Source of the DNA: a virus
DNA length: 57,999 bases
Virus record (IMG/VR): IMGVR_UViG_3300031962_000004
Location: 1-57,999 of that record
Strand: one strand, 5' to 3'
Position 1 is the stretch's first letter. Every line of letters starts with the position of its first letter. The notes beneath the pieces are model-generated. The model saw nothing but the letters and a program-made list of their open reading frames with translations, had not been told where the DNA came from and searched no databases. This document shows positions 7,505 to 14,029 of this stretch, one piece after another. The position numbers were made by a program, and so were the translations under genes.

Positions 7505-7797
7505 CCGCGAACGATAGTAAGTGGAAGCCGGGGGATACATTCAAGCTGGCGCTGCTATCCGGCGTTAAGGGTGACGCAGAGATTCACCGCGTAATTGAGC
7601 TCGAAGGAATCCGGGAGTTCGCAGTGCATCGTTCCGGCGAGGGGTTCTCTGTGTCTCATATTCCAACAGGTACGGCGGTCGGCAGGTCATGGTCCCGCAC
7701 TCAACGCGGAGCCGTGTATCGTGCGCTGCGGCGTGCTCGACAAGTCGGCGCTGCCGCGATCCGGGCGGCGCTGGAGCGGGACAAGGAGGGAATATGA
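7501..7797 (+). CDS. Hypothetical protein, 98 aa
   Basis: ATGA start at 7501; same frame as track ORF 7492..7797. Confidence 0.6.
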   Translation: MTANDSKWKPGDTFKLALLSGVKGDAEIHRVIELEGIREFAVHRSGEGFSVSHIPTGTAVGRSWSRTQRGAVYRALRRARQVGAAAIRAALERDKEGI

Positions 7798-8081
7798 GCG
7801 GCGGTCACTTCGAGGATAAGAAAATATGCGGGCGGTGCCATCGCAAGGTGCCTGCTGGGTTGCTCGCTTGCCCGAACTGCGCGTTGATGGCGACCGGCAT
7901 TCCCAACGATATTCGCATGATCGTAGTCGCCAATATCGAGAATGATGTCCATGTGTCGAAGACGGCCAAGATCGTCAATGAGAAGCTGGCTCCGCACTTT
8001 CCACGCAAGCGCGTTGATCCTAAGCGCCCCGACACTGGCGACAACTTCGAGTTTCCCGATGAACCGCTGCGCATCCGGTAA
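7794..8081 (+). CDS. Zinc-ribbon protein, 95 aa
   Basis: ATGA start at 7794; CGRC...CPNC. Confidence 0.6.
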   Translation: MSGGHFEDKKICGRCHRKVPAGLLACPNCALMATGIPNDIRMIVVANIENDVHVSKTAKIVNEKLAPHFPRKRVDPKRPDTGDNFEFPDEPLRIR

Positions 8082-8163
8082 TGGACCCCGGCCCCGCATG
8101 ACGCCCAAACCGCCTAAGGGAAATCCTAATTGAACCGCGCAGAACCGTATGGCACGATGAACC

Positions 8164-8367
8164 ATGAAGAAAACGATGCTGGTACCGAACAGCGAAATGC
8201 TGAGAGCGAATCCACACCTTCAGGCCGACTTGGGGCGCGATTACACCGCAAGCGTGGCAAGCGCACAGGAGGCCATCGCGTTGGCCGATAAGCTGGGGAT
8301 CAGCTATTTCGACCTCGACGGCGTGTTCTACGGGCGCACCGCAAAGCGCTGGAACGCCGTCAGATGA
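8164..8367 (+). CDS. Hypothetical protein, 67 aa
   Basis: Track ORF. Confidence 0.55.
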   Translation: MKKTMLVPNSEMLRANPHLQADLGRDYTASVASAQEAIALADKLGISYFDLDGVFYGRTAKRWNAVR

Positions 8368-8616
8368 GTTCCGTGGGCCTGATGCGTGAAAACCTCCGGG
8401 CCGCTGGCTCAGGAAGCGTTGACGGCCCACGAAAGCCCCGCGCGCTCGATTTATTCTGTGGTGCCGGTGGAGCAACTAAGGGGTTGCAAGGCGCGAAGTG
8501 ATGCAGATTGATTGGATGAATCGAGACGAGATGTCGGAGTCAATTCCGCCGGCGTAATTCCGCCGGCGTACTCTGAGTGGATCGGACGACGAATAATGGA
8601 GCGCCTGAACCCATGA
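8364..8616 (+). pseudogene. Remnant of a DNA (cytosine-5) methyltransferase: motif I plus C-terminal tail, catalytic core missing, frame broken twice
   Basis: 8364-8501 encodes ..RALDLFCGAGGATKGLQGAK*; 8501-8557 encodes MQIDWMNRDEMSESIPPA*; 8557-8616 encodes IPPAYSEWIGRRIMERLNP*. Confidence 0.7.
8543..8570 (+). repeat. Perfect 14-bp tandem duplication ATTCCGCCGGCGTA x2
   Basis: 8543-8556 is identical to 8557-8570; the insertion is not a multiple of 3 and creates a TAA. Confidence 0.95.
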
Positions 8617-8663
8617 CGCCCTCGCCGTCCGCGAAAGGCAGGCTGGCGCCTAACGCGGCGCTG

Positions 8664-8672
8664 TGGTAGAAT
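8664..8672 (+). promoter_or_regulatory. Extended -10 element TGgTAGAAT upstream of the HNH gene
   Basis: TG at 8664-8665 and TAGAAT at 8667-8672; no clear -35. Confidence 0.3.
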
Positions 8673-8749
8673 AGAACTGCCCAATCGAGCACGTTAACGA
8701 CTTGTGGGGGGTGCCTTCAACACCCTCCACGCCTCTTGAAGGGAGGCTG

Positions 8750-9205
8750 ATGGCCAGGAAGACTAAGCGTAAAGGTATTTCACTCGCGCTCCGATTCTCG
8801 GTGATGCGTCGCGATTTCTTCCAGTGTGTGTACTGTGGTCGCAAGCCACCCGCTGTAGAGGTGCATCTTGACCACATCGTGCCTGTGGCCAACGGCGGAG
8901 AGACTATCTCTCAAAATCTAAGAACCTCATGTCACGATTGCAACGCCGGCAAAGGTACCGCCCAAGCCGAGTCGATCCTCCAGCAGCAGCCAGTTGAGGT
9001 ATTTGTTACTGACGATTGGCCGCGCGGTGTAGTTGTCGCCGAAAACTCTAGACCTTTCCCTGTTCGCGGAAAGTACCACCTTGAGCGAGTTTTAGACTCA
9101 GTGGACCGCGCTTGGTGGTCGGCTTGGCGCAGACAATCGAGAGAGTTTGATATTGAGGGTCTATGCGATCCCGAATATCCGGAGGTTCTGGAGAGTGCCA
9201 AATGA
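8750..9205 (+). CDS. HNH endonuclease
   Basis: ATG at 8750 after GGGAGG; CVYCG...HLDHIVPVANGG...NLRTSCHDCNAGK. Confidence 0.8.
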   Translation: MARKTKRKGISLALRFSVMRRDFFQCVYCGRKPPAVEVHLDHIVPVANGGETISQNLRTSCHDCNAGKGTAQAESILQQQPVEVFVTDDWPRGVVVAENSRPFPVRGKYHLERVLDSVDRAWWSAWRRQSREFDIEGLCDPEYPEVLESAK

Positions 9206-10047
9206 AGCGGGGCACGCCGCGCCATCCCAAAACCTACGCACTCGCTGAAGCGCTGCACGTTCCACTGCCGCACGCCGTGGGCATCCTGGAGATGCTATGG
9301 CACCACGCCGCCGAGCACACACCTACGGGTCACCTAGGGTCCCTCCCTGACTCCGCCATAGCCGCGGCGGTAGGGTGGCTGCCTGTAAACGGAACCAGGA
9401 CAGCCAGGGTGCTTATAGATGCGCTGGTGTCCTGCGGATGGATACACCGTCACGACCTATATCGCCTCTATATACATGATTGGCCTGAACATTGCGAGCA
9501 ATCTGTAATTAAAAGACTGGAGTACAGCTCGAAGGATTTTCTACCGATATACAGCTATTCTCTAGATAATCGCAAGAGATTCCCTAGAGAATCTCTTCCC
9601 TCGCGCGAGGCAGAGGTAAAGGCGAAGGCAGAGGTAAAGGCAATCAAACCTTTTCGCGACGAAAAACAAAAATTGGCCTTCGAGGAATTTTGGAAACTCT
9701 ACTGGCGCAAAGTAGCACGGTCGACAGCTGCCAAAGTGTATGCAATTAAAGCATTAACTGAGGAATTGCAAATCCAGATCGTCCAAGCTGTTCGCTTGCA
9801 AACTGCTGAAATGATGGGAAGAGAGCCTTCGAAGCGTCCGCACGCGTCGACCTGGCTCAATGCTTCCCGGTGGGAAGACGAAGTTCCGTATCTCGCTTCG
9901 AACGGGCAAGCTTCGCAGAGCGCAGGCACAGCGGAGGAGCTACGGGCGCTCAAGGCCGAGGCCGCTCCATGGCTCGCAGACCATCCAGGAGCCACGCTGA
10001 ACGATTTTGTGGACTGGCAGGTATCTCAGAACGGAGAACACTCATGA
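9202..10047 (+). CDS. Putative replication initiator / replisome-organiser-like protein
   Basis: ATGA start at 9202; the N-terminal region looks winged-helix-like; C-terminal FEEFWKLYWRKVARSTAAKVY...WLNASRWED; internal repeat-rich linker. Confidence 0.4.
   Translation: MKRGTPRHPKTYALAEALHVPLPHAVGILEMLWHHAAEHTPTGHLGSLPDSAIAAAVGWLPVNGTRTARVLIDALVSCGWIHRHDLYRLYIHDWPEHCEQSVIKRLEYSSKDFLPIYSYSLDNRKRFPRESLPSREAEVKAKAEVKAIKPFRDEKQKLAFEEFWKLYWRKVARSTAAKVYAIKALTEELQIQIVQAVRLQTAEMMGREPSKRPHASTWLNASRWEDEVPYLASNGQASQSAGTAEELRALKAEAAPWLADHPGATLNDFVDWQVSQNGEHS
9557..9641. other. Candidate replication origin inside the initiator gene
   Basis: Inverted repeats ATTCTCTAG 9557-9565 / CTAGAGAAT 9584-9592 and AGAGATTC 9575-9582 / GAATCTCT 9589-9596; direct repeats GGCAGAGGTAAAGGC at 9609-9623 and 9627-9641. 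Confidence 0.3.
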
Positions 10048-10124
10048 TCCTGGGCGCGCTGCGGTCGCAGTTGAACACCAACGCGGGCGAGAACGGGCAC
10101 GGGATGAGAAAGGCAGCGGAATGA
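10044..10124 (+). CDS. Micro-ORF, 26 aa
   Basis: ATGA overlaps at both ends. Confidence 0.3.
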   Translation: MILGALRSQLNTNAGENGHGMRKAAE

Positions 10125-10276
10125 AAACCTTGGACAGCGGTGATAAATGCCCGGTGTGTGGAGAGAATCAAATGCCCGCTTGGAATCCGCTAGGCAAGGA
10201 AACGGCGCGCGCCTGCCAAATGTGCGGCCACATTGAAGAGCGGAGCACCGACGGCTTGAGAAAGGCTAGAGTATGA
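10121..10276 (+). CDS. Zinc-ribbon micro-protein, 51 aa
   Basis: ATGA start; CPVCG...CQMCG. Confidence 0.5.
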   Translation: MKTLDSGDKCPVCGENQMPAWNPLGKETARACQMCGHIEERSTDGLRKARV

Positions 10277-10342
10277 GCGGGCGGCGTGGCCTTTGTGTGT
10301 CAGTCTCGGGGGAGGTGGCCGCTTAGGTCGCGCCGTCCGCTG

Positions 10343-10654
10343 ATGGCCAAAGGACCAGTTCACCGCCCGATGACCAAGCGCATGGCGCTCGCGCTGCGCA
10401 GGGCCGCGAAGCTCGCCACCGAGCGCCGTATGGAGGCCCACCACGCCCGCAATCGCGGATGGTGGGATGGCCTCACCGATGAAGGCCGCGCGGACTGGAT
10501 GCTTGAACGAGCGCGCCGGATCGCACCCGAGTTTCAGGAACTGGCCCGCGAGGCTTCAGCGCGCAAGGCGTCAGCCGCCAGATGGGCGATTCCCGGCGTT
10601 TCCGCGAGCCAGGATCAATCGGCGCCCAGTATCCGGCCGACGACGCGCCGATGA
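10343..10654 (+). CDS. Hypothetical basic protein; start uncertain (10286 GTG or 10343 ATG)
   Basis: Track ORF 10286..10654; no strong SD at either start. Confidence 0.45.
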   Translation: MAKGPVHRPMTKRMALALRRAAKLATERRMEAHHARNRGWWDGLTDEGRADWMLERARRIAPEFQELAREASARKASAARWAIPGVSASQDQSAPSIRPTTRR

Positions 10655-10749
10655 TGCTCGCGCCGCCGCCTTCCGCGCTCCTCGAGCCAGGCGAGACAGC
10701 CGATAAAGCCGAAGGCGAGGCCGGCGAGGAGCAGGGTGTCGGGGGTCAT
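10615..10749 (-). CDS. Small membrane protein, 44 aa
   Basis: ATGA overlap with the upstream stop; MTPDTLLLAGLAFGFIGCLAWL followed by an Arg-rich tail. Confidence 0.45.
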   Translation of the reverse strand: MTPDTLLLAGLAFGFIGCLAWLEERGRRRREHHRRVVGRILGAD

Positions 10750-10949
10750 TGGGCGGCCTCCGCCGCCCGTTGCGCAGCTTTCAGCGTCTTGAACTTGCCG
10801 ATGGTCTCGAAGTTCCGGATCAGCGCGTAATGGCTATCCGGATACGTCGTAACGTGTTTCCCATCCCGGATCGCTACCACCGTGCTGATCGTGAATCCAG
10901 CGGCGCTCCAGTGACAACCAACACTTGCAGGTTTCCATTGTAACTTCAT
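10746..10949 (-). CDS. Hypothetical protein, 67 aa
   Basis: ATG at 10949, 9 nt after GGGAGG; internal start of track ORF 10746..11075. Confidence 0.6.
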   Translation of the reverse strand: MKLQWKPASVGCHWSAAGFTISTVVAIRDGKHVTTYPDSHYALIRNFETIGKFKTLKAAQRAAEAAQ

Positions 10950-11022
10950 GACAAGGGGGCCTCCCAGCCTCCGCACCCGGCCCGCTTGTGGCAGACCGGA
11001 CGCGCAGGGCGCTCGATGAGCG

Positions 11023-11253
11023 CTAAACGCCGCCCATGGGAGCAGCGCCTTGCAAACCCTTTGCTTCACGTTCAATCAGCGAGTCCGGCAGTTCTCGCCA
11101 TCCGTTCCAATGCAGGAACTCGAACTTAACCGGCGACTGATCGAAGTTCGCGCAATCCTGGCAGTATTTCTTCCATGCTGCAAGAACCTCGCGCACCGTC
11201 AGTTTGTTAACAATCGCCACTTCCGCAAGCCACGTTGCAAATTCAATCGTCAT
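11023..11253 (-). CDS. Hypothetical protein, 76 aa
   Basis: ATG at 11253 after GGGAGG; internal start of track ORF 11023..11361. Confidence 0.6.
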   Translation of the reverse strand: MTIEFATWLAEVAIVNKLTVREVLAAWKKYCQDCANFDQSPVKFEFLHWNGWRELPDSLIEREAKGLQGAAPMGGV

Positions 11254-11321
11254 AGATTTGCGCCTCCCAGCGCATCGGTCTAGCGACCGCCGAAACGTAC
11301 CCGAAGCACGTTTCGACCGCG

Positions 11322-11495
11322 CTAGTGCCTGCGTGCCTCTTCGTCGGTCCACTGATCCCATTCAGCATCTTGCGCCTGCGCACACGAAAAGCAACGCGCG
11401 AAAGACGATGGACACGGCTTACCGCATTCCTCGCAGTTTGAGTCCAGCGCATCGGCTTCTGCTGCGATGCGATCGAACAATTCATCGGCGTTCAT
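11322..11495 (-). CDS. Zinc-ribbon micro-protein, 57 aa
   Basis: AAAGGAGG 5 nt upstream of ATG 11495 (ATGA overlap); CEECG...CFSC; TAG at 11322-11324. Confidence 0.6.
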   Translation of the reverse strand: MNADELFDRIAAEADALDSNCEECGKPCPSSFARCFSCAQAQDAEWDQWTDEEARRH

Positions 11496-11827
11496 GCGGC
11501 CTCCTTTTGGAAATCGCCGATCCAGGGTAGCTCGCTGTGAATTGCTTCACGCTGCGTCCTGCCGCTAAATCGTATCGACCATGGATTAGCAGCCGGCCCG
11601 ATATGGGCGCCCAACTTCGCCGGCTTCAGGAACACAAGCAAATGGGCATCCTCGATGCCCATGAAGTCGATTAGCTTCTGCCCGTGCTTCTGGCACATAG
11701 TCAGTATCGCGTGGCGACCCTGGCGCATCGAATAGCCAATCAAGACGCGCGTTTCGCCCCGTTCGGCGATCAGTTCGTAGCGCGTCGGTCCAAGGTGCAG
11801 CCGTTCCATTTTCTCTTGAATCGTCAT
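11492..11827 (-). CDS. Hypothetical protein, 111 aa
   Basis: ATGA start at 11827 after GGGGAG. Confidence 0.6.
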   Translation of the reverse strand: MTIQEKMERLHLGPTRYELIAERGETRVLIGYSMRQGRHAILTMCQKHGQKLIDFMGIEDAHLLVFLKPAKLGAHIGPAANPWSIRFSGRTQREAIHSELPWIGDFQKEAA

Positions 11828-12099
11828 ACTCGCGCGCTCCCCATCCAAACAAACTCGCACTCATCGAAGCGAACGTAACCCGCAAACGGCCTCGTGTGAA
11901 CCGCAAACGCGTTGCCTCCGTATGTGTAACTGGAAGCCATACCCACCACGTTTCCGTCGATATCCACCACGTCGCCACTCGGATAGCGCTCCTGCAAGCC
12001 ATTGCCAGTCAAGCGCACGCGCACCTTGCCATCAGCCGTCAAATGACGCGTGTCGCGTCCGATCTCGCTCACCATTTCAACCAGGCTCAAGTCTTTCAT
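11824..12099 (-). CDS. Hypothetical protein, 91 aa
   Basis: ATG at 12099, 10 nt after GGGAGG; internal start of track ORF 11824..12156. Confidence 0.55.
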   Translation of the reverse strand: MKDLSLVEMVSEIGRDTRHLTADGKVRVRLTGNGLQERYPSGDVVDIDGNVVGMASSYTYGGNAFAVHTRPFAGYVRFDECEFVWMGSARV

Positions 12100-12231
12100 C
12101 TTCCAGCGGCCTCCCAGCCGCATCCCAACTATGCCATCCGCTTTTGCGCGTTTCAATACGGATTAATCCTAGAACGGGCCCGATTCGTTCCTAGTACAAT
12201 CAGTAAGGCGCGCTCCGGGAAAACCTGGGAA

Positions 12232-12513
12232 TCAACCGATTCTGTCCAGACGTGGCGCGCTTGCCATTCCAGCGAATGCATCCTGCGGGCGCCATACCCT
12301 CGCGCGGGCTGTCCGCTTACGCTTGGCCTGCAGGAAAGCTGCCAGCGTTCCACGCGAAACCCCTAGTGCCGATATATCGGCAGCGTAACCCAGCGTCCAC
12401 GCAAAGAGAACAAGCTAGGGTGAGGCCAAACGCGAGCGTCCGCTCTCACGCGAGACAAGCGAGCGAGATCGCCCACGATTCGATACAACCGACAAACTCA
12501 CGCCAGACGGCAC
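12232..12513 (-). pseudogene. HTH-like ORF interrupted by an in-frame TAG (12415-12417); possibly a decayed repressor, or non-coding
   Basis: GTG at 12513 ... TAG ... GYAADISALGVSRGTLAAFLQAKRKR ... TGA at 12232; no start codon between the TAG and the HTH-like segment. Confidence 0.2.
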
Positions 12514-12611
12514 CGTAGAATCAACAGCATACTTAATTCTGGAAAATAGCGTACGATTGTCGCCGAATGTCGCACGCGAGTGATACTCTCAATCCGTTGT
12601 TATCGCGTGAG

Positions 12612-12794
12612 TTAACGTGTGCTCCTAAGCGCTGCTTTAACTGGGATTCCAACCGCGTACCGCAGCTCAAGCGCGCGCTCCAAGCTGGTGATATCCAGGC
12701 CGAACGCCGGCGTCGTAGGCTTGTCGCTAGGCCGGCGGAATAGTCCAGGGGGTGGGCGGGGGAGTGCCACCCCTACTTGATGAAGAGAATACAT
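12612..12794 (-). CDS. Possible small protein, 60 aa
   Basis: ATG at 12794 next to an AT-rich tract; no SD; C-terminal half looks protein-like (TPAFGLDITSLERALELRYAVGIPVKAAL). Confidence 0.3.
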   Translation of the reverse strand: MYSLHQVGVALPRPPPGLFRRPSDKPTTPAFGLDITSLERALELRYAVGIPVKAALRSTR

Positions 12795-12839
12795 ATTTTT
12801 TTGCGCGGGAATTTTTTGGTCAGGGTTTACGCTTCGGGT

Positions 12840-12989
12840 ATGCGGCTGGGCGAGTTGCTGGTAGAGTTGCGGGACGAGGCTCGGAGGCTGGCGGAGGCGG
12901 TACGGGTTCTCGAGGAGAGGATTGCGGAGATGGAGAAGGTTCTGCGGGAGCAGGAGCGCGTGAGGAAAGCGGCGGGGGGGTGGGACTGA
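12840..12989 (+). CDS. Possible coiled-coil micro-protein, 49 aa
   Basis: MRLGELLVELRDEARRLAEAVRVLEERIAEMEKVLREQ; no SD; mutually exclusive with the overlapping antisense track ORF 12612..13031 but not with the shorter 12612..12794 call. Confidence 0.3.
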   Translation: MRLGELLVELRDEARRLAEAVRVLEERIAEMEKVLREQERVRKAAGGWD

Positions 12990-13122
12990 GTGCCGGTGGG
13001 CTAGGTTTGTGGTTTTTTCGCGCTTCCTCACCCCCCTACCCCCCTAGGTTTCAGGCGCACGCTGCGCTACGGAACTGCATGACCATCCGGGGCAGAAGGC
13101 CCCACGGCGCTGATTCGCGCCG

Positions 13123-13662
13123 TCACCTTTCGAGCGGGCTACCTGCTTGCGCTACAGTACTGGCTTGTCCAACTCGTGTATCGTTCGGCGGATCTTCCTC
13201 TGGTAAGCCTGAATCCTTGCGGCGCGGGGCTTGTTGGGTTGGGACCGCCAGATACTCCGAAGATGGGGCGCTGGGTGGTGCTATCGGGATGCCTCCCGAG
13301 CCTTCGCGCTCATCCGCCGTCACGTGTGACTCAGCGGAGAACGAAGGTCTTAATTTCCATTCGGCTATGACCGCTCCGTTTTGAATAATGCGGGCACAGT
13401 GCGGAATCGGAGGCGCTGGGTAGCCTTTAGGTTGATAGCCAGCGCGCACCATTTCAAGATAATCATTCATCCACTCGGCTAGAGCGTCGGATGTTGCGGC
13501 CTTGCGCCACACAAGAATCCGGTGGTGGATAACGCCCTCGGGATCGCGATAGAGCACATCTACTGCGCCATTTGGTTGCGAACGGTCGCGCTGCTTTGCT
13601 TGGGATAGGTAGTCCTGAAGTTGGCGCTGGTGGATGATATCGCGAGAGGCTGGTCGTCTCAC
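13123..13662 (-). CDS. Hypothetical protein, 179 aa
   Basis: Track ORF; GTG start in a GTGA overlap after AAGGGG. Confidence 0.65.
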   Translation of the reverse strand: MRRPASRDIIHQRQLQDYLSQAKQRDRSQPNGAVDVLYRDPEGVIHHRILVWRKAATSDALAEWMNDYLEMVRAGYQPKGYPAPPIPHCARIIQNGAVIAEWKLRPSFSAESHVTADEREGSGGIPIAPPSAPSSEYLAVPTQQAPRRKDSGLPEEDPPNDTRVGQASTVAQAGSPLER

Positions 13663-13829
13663 GCGTTGCCCCTTAGTGATTCCAGGATCGCGTCACACTC
13701 AGCGCACATCGGAAGGCTAATTCCGCGGTCTTCAGATTCCCACAGGGCCGCAATCGGCCGTAGTGATCCGCAGCGCCGGCAGAGCACGTCATTTTCATGG
13801 ATGGGCGGTAATGATTCCGTGATTGGCAT
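13659..13829 (-). CDS. Zinc-ribbon micro-protein, 56 aa; first gene of a leftward unit
   Basis: ATG at 13829; CRRCG...CAEC; below the ORF-track cutoff. Confidence 0.45.
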   Translation of the reverse strand: MPITESLPPIHENDVLCRRCGSLRPIAALWESEDRGISLPMCAECDAILESLRGNA

Positions 13830-13861
13830 ATTGAGTCGGTGGGGCCGGGTTAGGACTCAAT
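13830..13861. promoter_or_regulatory. Perfect 8-bp inverted repeat ATTGAGTC-N16-GACTCAAT abutting the 13829 start codon
   Basis: Arms at 13830-13837 and 13854-13861. Confidence 0.4.
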
Positions 13862-14029
13862 TACTAATCCCAGCCCGCCATGCCGATGAAAGCCAGGGGA
13901 GCTACCCCTGCTGGTTTAGATAGTAAGCCTATACAAAAAGTTTGTCAATACAACATCGACTAGTCAGTATTGCGCTCGGGTGTACACTGGTTCCGGCAAC
14001 ATGCTGTGGCATGAATCCTCCAAGTGAAC

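Noticed and set aside
8082-8163. 82-bp gap searched for a promoter or terminator
   Set aside because: Only a TTGAAC-like hexamer is present, without a matching -10 at a usable spacing, and no stem-loop with a T-run.
12415-12417. In-frame TAG considered as evidence of genome-wide amber recoding
   Set aside because: TAG terminates several well-supported genes at sensible positions (155-157, 11322-11324, 20770-20772, 53411-53413), so global reassignment is unlikely.
11896-12518. Plus-strand track ORFs 11896-12366, 11922-12194 and 12252-12518
   Set aside because: They are antisense to, or run out of, coupled leftward genes. They have biased Pro/Arg/Ser/His composition, no SD and no coupling.
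12528-12539. 12-bp exact match CATACTTAATTC at 12528-12539 and 14212-14223, considered as a second recombinase site
   Set aside because: Only one half-site is shared, and no dyad partner is present at 12509-12515. A single 12-mer match within 58 kb is within chance expectation.
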